A stretch of DNA of 36,584 bases, taken from Trichinella spiralis. Its lineage: Eukaryota. The stretch spans positions 1,980,971-2,017,554 of the forward strand of contig NW_003526945.1 in NCBI RefSeq assembly GCF_000181795.1. Direction: 5' to 3'. Below the pieces are notes generated by a model that worked only from the letters and a program-made list of their open reading frames with translations, was not told where the DNA came from and searched no databases. Positions within the stretch are counted from its first letter, which is position 1. Each line of letters starts with the position of its first letter. Of the stretch, positions 1 to 10,383 are shown in pieces. The translations under genes were made by a program, and so were the position numbers.

Positions 1-101
1 AGAATAGAAGCTCTCAGCAAGATTCTTCGTTTTTCATGATAACAGTTCAAGTGTTGTATTGTAATTTTAAAATAAGGAGATGATTAAAGGAGAAATCACA
101 T

Positions 102-3100
102 AAGCAAATGAGTACAGGAAAGTAATTGCTAAATAACCTAAAACTAATAATGGCTGCTGCATGGAATTGTCGATTGTACCGACCTAGTAAAAAAACAAGA
201 ATTAACTCATCGTTCAGCATTACTGATGAGTCATAAACAGTGATATTACGCAACTATATTGTGTATCTTGAAGCCAGTGTAATTCTGAAGAACAATTTGC
301 AGTCTATTACTCCCGAGTTTATATGAGTTTTGTTGTCTTCATTTTCTGTAAAAATTGTAACAATTTCATGAAAAATAAAATGAAGATAAGGCCATTGGTT
401 TTCTATAATTTTTTTACAATATTTGTTTTGTCATATATAGTTATATATAAAATACATTTTAATTACTTTTAAGCGCTGAAATGTAAATATAAGCGTTAGA
501 GATAATATTCCACGCTGAAATTACTTAAATGGAAATTTTAACATAAAATTATATTTTTTAATCTGCAGATTTTATTATAATGCAAGTACAAAAACATTAA
601 TTGTACTTTAATATAACATACTGTAAGTTGTCTAATGTGCCATGTGTAGCAAGTTGTTTTGCAAACGTCAGTTATTTCATGATTTCTTCATATTGTGTAT
701 CACTTTCTCAATATTGATATCTATTTAATAAAATCTTATTATTACAGGTATATGATTTAAATGTTAAGAATGGGTGACAATAATGCTGAAAATAATATGA
801 CTGTGCGACCAAGAGGATTTCATGAAGGTTTGCCACTGCTTCAACAAATGAATAGATCTGATGTACCTGAATTTACCTCTGTGGTATTGCAACTTACGGA
901 TCCCGTTGAAAGCATTTGGCGTACTGTGACTATTTTGATTGATAGAAGAAATGAATTTTACCAATTCATCGTGCCAATTTTGGAGCAAACTGTACCACGG
1001 TTATTCCAAAACATACGTATGGAAACAGACCCTCCACTAATTTTAGAACATCAAATGTTTATGGAAAATGTGATAGGATTTTCATATGGTAAATTGGGTG
1101 CTCATCACAGAGCGATTTTTCATCATGAGATAATATTGTGCTTACCCGCTGAAAAATTTGTGCAGCTTGCTTACAATACAATCAGCTCATGTTCAAATGA
1201 TTTTCGTTTGGTTGGAAGGTCGAATTTATACAGAGTAATTCATAATATCAAGCAAACAGCAATGCAGTGCCATGCAATTGTTCGAAATATATTTGTCATT
1301 ATTGTTGGAGTAGAAGAATATTTTGCTGAATTGAACCACTTTCGAGCGAATCAAGTTCAGAATGCTTCAGAGATGATAACTGAAAAGGACTATCCAACGC
1401 TTTATCGAGCTGAAGCTTTATTGAGTCGACAGGAATATGATCTAGCGTGCAGAGCAATTTTCGAAGGAGTACAAGTAAGTTACTGTCAAGTCAGTAGCAT
1501 GTATCAATTTGCACAGCAAGTCCATGCGTTTACCTCTGATATCGCATTTCGGGAATGTGAACATCGTCAGGCGATTGCGAGAGCAGTACATGAACATTTA
1601 TTGCGTGGCATAGAAAATCAGTTTGATGGCAATTTATTGTTGCCTCCATGACCTCTAACTAATTTTAATTTTATGTAATGGCTATCCATGTGGAAAGTAA
1701 GCGTTTATTTGCTTTTTTATATACTATCTTATGATTTTTCATGAAGTTTAAATGCACTGTACATTACTTTCATGATTTTCCAAGCTGTCAAACTATTTTT
1801 ATAAATAGCTGATGAAATGAAATAAAACAAATGAACATGTAAGTGAATTATATGAGCATCAATTTTAACCAGTCAAAAAATGAAGTCAATTGTTTGAAAG
1901 CAGTAGCACAAATTCATTCTAAATTAAAATGAACCTTCAAGATTGAGGTAATCAGTTACATTAATGTAATATTAAAAGAAAATTATTTCAGTTGTAAAGA
2001 TTAAAGGTGGTGCTTTTAGTACAGCTATAAATTTTTTTTAGATAAAATGTTTCTTTAAGCGATGAATTGCACACCTGCTTAAAAGTAATTCATTATGTAT
2101 TTAACCGCAGAATCTATATAGTGACAAACGCTTTAATTTCGCTTTTATGCACACGATAATATGACTTATATGCACAGGATCAGCGTATTAAGTGTTATTC
2201 TGAAACTGAAATGGTAACCATGAGTACCCATGAGAACTTTCTAAATTTAACTGATGTCATTATGATAAGTGAATTGACATTTCTGCTGAAACTGATAAAT
2301 GAATTAAGAAAACAAATGATAAAAAAGAATTTTCATTGAAGAAAATCGTAAAACTAAAAATTTTGTTACGTACCATTGTGAAGTTTTTACATTCTCATGA
2401 TTAACTTAACAGGAATATGAGTTGGACAAACATTTTGTTGCTTTAGACAAATGAGAAATCATGCTTACTAATTTTTGTTTCATCACATAAAACTTAGCTT
2501 ATGATGGTGAACTAACACTAATTCAAAAACATTTTGCGTTTACTAACAGATTTCAGCAGTCATCAAAGCATGTCAATATCTGCTTATCAGCCAGCTGCCA
2601 AAATGATATGATAATGGTGGTTTACGGCGTGTCAGAATGTTTGTTTGGTTTCATAGCTCAAAAGTGAAACTTACAATAAAAACTGTTCTATCTTTTCAAA
2701 CATGCTAAATTAGCATTGCTTAATTCAATTCCATTGTTTTATTTGTAAACAATTGCTGTGCTGCCATTCTAAAATGCAATTTTATCATAAAATTTTTTGA
2801 ATAGCTCACCGAAGACAAATCCCCTAAGAGTCATTTATTCCACTGGAAAATGGTTAAATAAAGTAAATTTTATACTTGGTAATTTCAACCCCAATAAATA
2901 TATTATAGAAGCAGTTGTTCATTTTTCATCCAAAATAGTTTAGCTTTTATAACATTTACACGGCCTAAAATTCAATTAAAATAATAAACAAAATTATACT
3001 TTGAGCTCGTTGTATCAAATTGCATACTTAACTTTATTTCAGTCAAAATTAAAGTGTAGATTTATTGATATGGAGTTATTTGCAAAAATTGTAATTAATA

Positions 3101-4630
3101 TTTTTAGCATCACACAAGCAGTCATTTTAGATTTTTATAATAAAGACGAAGCATATAAAACAAGTTTGAGGATGAAGCATAATCAACACGAAAAGGGGAA
3201 TAAAAGCATGAATCACAGTAACGTTTTCATTCCATGTAATTTAAAATTGGAAACATATGTAAATATTATTGATTGAGTATAAAAGCAATCATCTTCTTTT
3301 GGTCACTGCTAAAAAACACTTAAATTTTTTGCTAGTAAAAAATTTTTGATTCTTTGAATTGCAAGGGAAATAGTTCGTGTTTGTAAAGGACTTACTAAAA
3401 CAAAAAAGTTCTTAAAGATTTAATTAGTTAATAAAATGTAGTTCAATTTGTTTTAGAAACACATGTATTATATGGTTTTTATTTTTTAAATAATTAGTAA
3501 ATTAATGATTAATAATAAAACTGAGCAAATAAATAACTGTGGTGAATAGTATAATTTTAAATTTGCATTTTGAAAAATAGTCATTATCAGTGCACCGTTT
3601 TTTTATTTCACAGCTATCAAATTTTTTTAAAACTATCTAATACGAAGCAGTTTGCTGTAAATGAATAAGGCAATTCTAATATTTTAACTTTAAAAATTAA
3701 AAAACTGAAAGAAAGCACTACAGTATTCATTTATTTATTTCTATTTGTTTCAACATGCAAAACTAAAATATTTTTTTAAATTACACATAAAAATACGCAT
3801 TTGCTTTGCTTTATTTTAATTAATTATGGCTTCTGGAGAATGTGGCGTTGCTTTAGAACTTTAATTTTTCAACTGAAGTAAAATCATTTTATTTGTACTT
3901 TAGTGCAAAATATACTGTAATAATTCTCACAGCTGGTTAGAATTGCAAAGTATTTTTATTAATGTTGAGGTTGAAATTTTATTTTCAAATTATCAATTCC
4001 ATAGAAAAATTTATTTAAAATTTTGCATATATATGTAGTTTTGTTTGTTGCAAGCATGTTGAAGAAATAAATTCCTAAATAAATGATTGAATAGTAAAAT
4101 TGGAATTGGATTTGAAAGCTTAGTAGGGAATGAAAGAGAAATTTTGAATTTGTTTCTCAATTTTAGGTGTATATATTTTTTGGCAATATTGTATGCTTGA
4201 TGAATTACTAAAAAGGGTTATTGTGACTGATAATGTATGAAGTTTTGAACGAATTTTGTCGCAGTTCATCATTTCAAGTGATAATTAATTTAAGAAAAAC
4301 CTTTTCCAGTTTTAAACTGTCATTAGCTTGTTTTTTTTATCATCGCCGAGAGCATTTTAGGTTGATTTGTTTTTCTAGTTGTGTGTTCATGTGGAATGAG
4401 TTTTTGCAGTTTATATTGACCAGTTGCTTTTAATAAGTTTGTAATTTTCTGTTTCAAGCTGTCAGAATTGTTTCTTATTGTTTTCGACAATATTCCAAGA
4501 AGTTCGTTTGCCTTTTCCGGTGTTGTTGATTTTGGCACATTCAGAGTTGACATCTACGTTGTAAAGTGCCATCGGCTGTGCAGTGATTGTACGTGCTGTA
4601 CGTTTATCGATGTACATCAGTCATTGCCAT
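102..4630 (-). CDS. Tentative spliced gene for an unknown protein with a hydrophobic (transmembrane-like) segment; continues past the left edge of the window
   Basis: Phase-compatible GT-AG chain: 4630-4616 (MAMTD), 4553-4421 (MSTLNVPK...LLKAT), 345-311 (ENEDNKTHINSG), 253-184 (LRNITVYDSSVMLNDELILVFLL), 137-~102 (GYLAITFLYSFAY). Several donors are weak (gtacat, gtcaat, gtcggt). The join across the ~4 kb intron is inferred from phase only. Confidence 0.4.
761..1651 (+). CDS. Intronless 296-aa hypothetical protein, no recognised domain
   Basis: 891-nt ORF with protein-like composition in very AT-rich surroundings. Possible 5'-UTR intron (gtaagt at 623, ttacag ending 747). AATAAA at 1821-1826. 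Confidence 0.8.
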   Translation: MLRMGDNNAENNMTVRPRGFHEGLPLLQQMNRSDVPEFTSVVLQLTDPVESIWRTVTILIDRRNEFYQFIVPILEQTVPRLFQNIRMETDPPLILEHQMFMENVIGFSYGKLGAHHRAIFHHEIILCLPAEKFVQLAYNTISSCSNDFRLVGRSNLYRVIHNIKQTAMQCHAIVRNIFVIIVGVEEYFAELNHFRANQVQNASEMITEKDYPTLYRAEALLSRQEYDLACRAIFEGVQVSYCQVSSMYQFAQQVHAFTSDIAFRECEHRQAIARAVHEHLLRGIENQFDGNLLLPP

Positions 4631-4680
4631 TTTCCGGTCCAGGTTTACGGAAATAATTCGCTCTTATTTCTGCTCTTTCG

Positions 4681-4705
4681 TAGTAGTAGCAGTAGCAGTA
4701 GTAGT
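4681..4705. repeat. Imperfect (TAG/CAG)n trinucleotide repeat
   Basis: tagtagtagcagtagcagtagtagt lies between the divergent ATGs at 4630 and 4802. Confidence 0.8.
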
Positions 4706-4741
4706 GATCGTTGGGCGTTTCTAAAGTGACAAAAGCTTCTC

Positions 4742-4774
4742 TTCTCAGTTTCTGTTTTCGTTATACAGTTTCAG
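4742..4774 (+). promoter_or_regulatory. Polypyrimidine tract and 3' splice acceptor(s) upstream of transaldolase (SL trans-splice site or 5'-UTR intron)
   Basis: ttctcagtttctgttttcgttatacagtttcag ends 28 nt before the ATG; tttcag matches the nematode acceptor consensus. Confidence 0.5.
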
Positions 4775-4801
4775 TTGTCGTCGTTGTCAGAGTCGAAAAC
4801 A

Positions 4802-5767
4802 ATGTCCGCCTTGGAACAGTTGAAGATGCATACGGTGGTTGTCGCCGATACGGGAGATTTTGAAAGCATTGGCCAGTATAAGCCGACTGACGCCACCACC
4901 AACCCGTCGCTGCTGCTCCAAGCGTCGTCGGTGCCCAAATATGCCAGCCTGCTCGACTCGGCTGTCCAGTATGGTAAATGTCGTGCTGAAAACGTCAAGG
5001 ACCGTCTGACTCTGGCCATGGATAAGCTGTTCGTTCTGTTCGGCGTGGAAATTTTGAACATCATCCCTGGCAGGGTGTCGACAGAAGTGGACGCGCGCTT
5101 GTCTTTTGACCGAGTGGGCCAGCTCCAACGAGCCCGACGACTCATTTCCATGTACGAAGAAGAAGGCGTGCCAAAGGAACGCGTTCTGATCAAACTGGCC
5201 TCGACTTGGGAAGGCGTGCAAGCGGCCAGTGAGCTCGAACGTCACGACGGAATTCACTGCAACATGACTCTCTTGTTCAACTTCTACCAAGCTGTCGCGT
5301 GTGCCGACGCCGGTGCCACGTTGATTTCACCCTTCGTGGGCCGTATACTTGACTGGCATCTGCAAAAGCACTCCGGCAATGCTCAATATGGCATGCTCGA
5401 CGATCCAGGCGTGCAAAATGTGACAAAAATCTACAATTATTACAAATGCCACAACTATAGTACGCAGGTGATGGGTGCGTCGTTCAGAAATGTCAATCAA
5501 ATTAAAGGTCTGTGCGGCTGTGATTTGTTAACAATCAGCCCGACATTGCTCGACCAGTTGGCAGCCGATAGAGAGCAATTACACGTTTACCTCGATCCTG
5601 CTAATGCTCGACTGGCGTCTTTACCGGTGGTAGAAGTCGACGAGTGTCGTTTCCGCTGGGAAATGAATGAAGACGCTATGGCTTGCGACAAACTGGCCGA
5701 CGGTATACGTCGGTTTGCTAAAGATGCCGTCTCTTTGGAAGACATGCTTAGACGAAAAATGCAATAA
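4802..5767 (+). CDS. TALDO1: Transaldolase (metazoan type, EC 2.2.1.2), 321 aa, single coding exon
   Basis: Motifs VVADTGD, DATTNPS, PGRVSTEVDARLSFD, LIKLASTWEG (Schiff-base Lys), CNMTLLF, LISPFVGRILDW, MGASFRN, CDLLTISP. Real ATG is at 4802 (MSALEQLK); the ORF-track start at 4775 is a TTG. Confidence 0.98.
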   Translation: MSALEQLKMHTVVVADTGDFESIGQYKPTDATTNPSLLLQASSVPKYASLLDSAVQYGKCRAENVKDRLTLAMDKLFVLFGVEILNIIPGRVSTEVDARLSFDRVGQLQRARRLISMYEEEGVPKERVLIKLASTWEGVQAASELERHDGIHCNMTLLFNFYQAVACADAGATLISPFVGRILDWHLQKHSGNAQYGMLDDPGVQNVTKIYNYYKCHNYSTQVMGASFRNVNQIKGLCGCDLLTISPTLLDQLAADREQLHVYLDPANARLASLPVVEVDECRFRWEMNEDAMACDKLADGIRRFAKDAVSLEDMLRRKMQ

Positions 5768-8380
5768 TTCTCGCCTTCCGGTTTATATTTCAGTTAATTA
5801 TTTTCTTAATTTTGATTTTTATTTTCAACAGTAGCGTGTTGGTGGTTTTCATTGAACAAATCACATTGAAATGGAAAATTTTCAAGTGGATCTAATTATT
5901 CATTCAGATTTCGTGTTTTAGGAAGTGAAATTTCTTCATTTTCATTAATTGGGGAAAATTCTGAATTCAGATACAATTTTTAATGAAATTTATACAATTC
6001 AACATTTTTATCGGAATTAAAAGTTTTATTCTTTCTCCGATTCTCCAAATCGCCTGTGAAAATTGCATGTTAGACCACGTCCACATAATTTGAATGAAAA
6101 TGAGAAAATGAAAGATTGAAGTAACTAGTAATCATTTTTAATCCACAATTCACGCGGAAAATGAAATATTCTGAACATTATCGCGGACTATATTACCTGC
6201 ATTTTACTATTGTTTTACAGTATGAATTAGTTGCAATGGAAAACTTATAATTTTAAAAAATAATTTATTTAAAATATTTTAAAAACAACTTTGTGTTTTT
6301 ACGAAATTAAAAATGCGTCTAAACCCAAGCACAATTCATTACTTATAAATGCAATCTATGTATTACCGTTCAATAGTATAAATGAGGTAATTGAATAATG
6401 TTGTGTTGTTGTTACTGCTTAGTTTTGTTTCCCTTTATAGAAATATTGCAAGAAAGACGCGGTTTGACGGTGCCGACAAATGCAAATGTGTCAAATGAAA
6501 AGCTGAAAAAAGTTGTTCTTTTGAAAAGTCATTTTAATGAATGAATGAACGAACATTCATAGAACTGATGAAAATACGGATTAAAGCGTCGAATCGATTG
6601 ATATGTAATTTCACATCCGATGCATATACGGTTTGTTTTTATGAATTTTACTATTAGATCTGGCACTGAAAGTGCTTTTTTCATTCATAATGAAAATACT
6701 TTTTCTTTTACTGTATAGTATCGTTGTTGGGTAAAGTTGTCATGTTCAGTACCTTTTACTTGGAAATGTATGTAATTTAGCTTCAAAGCAGCCGGCAATA
6801 TTTAGAGCTGAGTCGATGAAAATAATAATGAAGAATGTTTAATAAATGAAACTTTGAAATAGAATAAAAATAGAAATGGAAAAATGTCTGATCCAAAACT
6901 AGTTAATGATAGTAATGGTAAGAAGTTTCTGCAATTAACAAATAAGTTTGATAATTTCAATGATGGATTTAAATTTAATAGCGATTATAAGAATTTTTAA
7001 ATTAGTAATAAATACATTTATGTACTGCGTTGTTTTCTTGTTGATTAACGTATTACTTTTATTTATATATTTTAGTTGCAGTGAAAGCTTGAAAATTATT
7101 GTTTGCTGAGAACTAAATTTGCTTTATAACATTTAATTGTAGAAAATAGCACTTTCATCTAGCTAAAAATTATCCACATGCTGTATAAAATACAAGAGAA
7201 TAATTTTCATAATTTAAGAATAATTCTAATTTTTTTAACACTGAAGAGTTAGAAATTTGGTATTGTTTCGTTGACTGAATATGATCACAGTTTGTTTCAA
7301 TAACGAATTACTGTTGTAGAATTGCATTGTTTCTAAGTGACAGTGAAAATAAGAAATCCATAAATTGTAAAATCAAGTTCTATTTATATATAATATAAAA
7401 GATAAATTGGCCAGATGTGCTCATCTGCTGTTGAATAATTATCAGTCCAAAACTGCAGTTGTTTGCAATGATGCATACTATTAATTTTGTTGCAATGCAA
7501 TTTTTGCCACATTTATCTTGCATTAGCAAATGTTAGTGGAAACTGATGCTGTATTTTTAACATCAACTGCTATAAATATGCATAAATAAAAAATAATAAA
7601 TGGCTGGATAAAAATAAATAGATAATGACGTGCTATACGTTAAACTGTGTAGTGCTTTTATAAAACGATTTTCATTGTGCATTTCTGTTTTGAAAATATA
7701 TTTCAATATCTCGAATATATTATTTGCAAATAATTTCGGAATTAAACTTTTTTTAAAATATTATCATTGCAGTGGTTTTTAACGAAAATTTAATAATGGT
7801 AAGTTTTGGATAATTTTATTTTGGAGAAGTTTTTCCGATGTCATTATTTAAATAACTGTGCGTGAGAGTTCATCAAATAGTTATCAAACTCTTATTTTTT
7901 TACTGTATTTGTAGAATTTATTTAAAATTTGTTGAATTCAATTTTCATTGCATTGTATTTGCGTTTGTTATAATCTACTGTAATTATAATATCGAAATTT
8001 TCATTTATTTATAATATATGTGTGTAATATTTTTCAGCTGCATTCGTGATTAATATTTTTATTTGAAATAAAGTAGGAAACAGTTTGCAATAAATTAATA
8101 TGTAGTGATTTTATTGTAAAAATAACCCAAACATTCAACTATTTTATCAAATTATGCTGATAAAGTCGATAAGAATAGCAAATATAATTATCGTAATATT
8201 AAAGATATAATAGTAATTAATGAGCAGCGATTTTATAGTAATATGCATTGTAACTCTATGGCAATTTAAATAGGACTGATTTTCTTTATCTTGTGGCGAA
8301 TATTATTCATACTTCTATTTCTCTGAATATGATAGTATAAATAAAAAGAGTAAAAGGAAATGTAAATAGTATATTCAATC

Positions 8381-9220
8381 TTACTCTTCTTTTTGTTGCA
8401 TACAGATGTCCAAAGCAGATGTCCAAGTAAAAATTGCACGCAGACGTTCGTCGTATGGAATATTCGGCTTGTCTGAAGCTCTCATTGCTTCGAACAGAAC
8501 TCTCAGCAGTGGTTCATTGACACACTGGCGTACCATTTCCGCTCTTGTACTTGGGGACTAGAAAAGTAATACTTGAAACTGTTTTCTCTTAATGCGTATT
8601 TCTCTGTTTCTTTTTTCAAATCTGTCAGTTATGAAAATTTATTTTCAAATATTCCAACAGATCATTACCACGAATGACATGGATCGAAAAGTTTTCTGTC
8701 CACCACCAGCAACTCTTGGCATGTGATTTAGCTTTTCCCTGAAATTGAAATTAGCAAGTGAAAAGCTTGAAATGGAAAAGAAAAGATAGTCAATGATCAA
8801 AATTTATACATTTGTTTTCGATCTTTGCACATATACAACGCAGTGCCGTGTTTCACTAAAGCGTCCATTGTTTCGTCGGATACTGCGGAAAAATCTTCAA
8901 GAGCATGCAATTCCTCGTATGTAGCTCTTACATTGGAATCCGACTGGCACAATCTGATGAAGTATTGACGATTTTTGTCGAAATCCTGAAAATGACAAAG
9001 CTTTCATCCACAACTGCTAACTGTCCAACGCTGCAATAACTCCTCGATTCGAGTAGCATTATGTTTCTTGGTATTATTTGAATAAATGAATTTACAAAAC
9101 AAAAATAATATTAATTTAATTAATAATATTTATTTGTGTATATTTTATGTTGAAGAAAATGACACTCACGCAAAAGACAACGGCAGGAAGCAAAACAGCT
9201 AGAATTAGCAGCGATGCCAT
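8381..9220 (-). CDS. Small secreted protein, 157 aa, signal peptide plus two tandem C-x39-C modules; 4 exons
   Basis: Exons 9220-9170 (MASLLILAVLLPAVVFC, donor gtgagt), 8985-8810 (acceptor ttttcag), 8738-8669 (acceptor tttcag), 8557-8381 (acceptor ttttctag, TAA). All junctions are GT-AG and phase-consistent, with no internal stops. Confidence 0.88.
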
Positions 9221-10359
9221 CAGGCGAGAATTGTTTTTCAAAATGATTTTCGAAACGTTGAACGGCGAATTTATAGCCGACCAAAGATGATGACTCATTG
9301 TGAACGCAAACCGCCAACAACACATGTCACAGTGATAAAAATTTCTTTGAACAATTGAAATTAATTTTAAAGCTTGAACACATGTTTTGAAAAATCCTGC
9401 TCGCAGCCTTGAGATTCAGCTTTGCAGTTCTGTGATGGAACTTCATATTCAGCCAATTGTCGAACATTTTGCTCCGTGAACAATTTCGAAACAGCTGCTT
9501 TCTGGCCGGTCGGTTGCAGACAGCTCTTGTGGACGAATATTGTGGTGGAAAATTTGAAGACACAATTTACCCCTGATACGCCCATCTATCATAAATCCCA
9601 TTGAAGAGAGCAGTTGTTTTGAACGGCAATTGATTTCGAATAAAAACTGCAGCCAAAATGATCGATCAATTGACTTCATCATTATTAAAAATTTGGCCCA
9701 CCAAAATTTCCCATTTTATTATATACTGTTTGATTGATCACTTCAATCACTTCGTCGTCGACAAATGCACATCATCGACACCCACACATTGACGAACAGC
9801 GTCATTGGAAATTCTTTCATAAATTAAATTCTGTAGTTTGTCCTTTCTTATCATTCTTAATCAGCAATTGAAAAAAAGACTTGAAAAAGTTGTTTTATTC
9901 CTTTCAATCAAGATAATATTTGTGTATGCTTTTTCTTATCGTTAAATTGTGATGAAATTCTTTTTTTTAAATAAATTTTATATTATTATCATTATTTTTA
10001 TTTTTTAATAAAAATTGTATTAAAAAAATACTGCACGCACAATTTTGATTGCGGTTCTGCAATTTTGTACTTTCGATCAAATCATTCATACTGTAATTAA
10101 ATTTGTAATTTTTCTGTAAAAAATAATGTTCTTTTTTTGAAATATCTGATTGATGTTTAACTTTTTGTTTTGTTTTTATCGCAATCTTTTGTTTGAAAAT
10201 AAAATTTTCTTTTGTGGATTTAATTTTATGCTACTATTTCTTGAAGAAAAAAGCTGTCCAAAATTTGCACAGTACTAATATATGTATATATATATATATA
10301 ATCATTGTATTATAATGGAAATGATTTTGACAAAAATTGATTGGATCTGTGTATTATAC

Positions 10360-10383
10360 ATATATATATATATATATATATAT
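10360..10383. repeat. (AT)12 microsatellite
   Basis: Directly visible; a second imperfect TA run lies near 10278-10301. Confidence 0.95.

Noticed and set aside
2200..2860. Minus-strand donor/acceptor-like sites inside the putative 4 kb intron
   Set aside because: The candidate exons I translated ran into stop codons, so I cannot support them as coding exons.
4771..5290. Antisense ORFs (140 and 167 aa) over transaldolase
   Set aside because: Shadow frames of a GC-rich real CDS, with no independent motifs.
4802..5767. Bacterial horizontal transfer or contamination for transaldolase
   Set aside because: The sequence signatures are of animal type and a eukaryotic splice acceptor precedes the gene.
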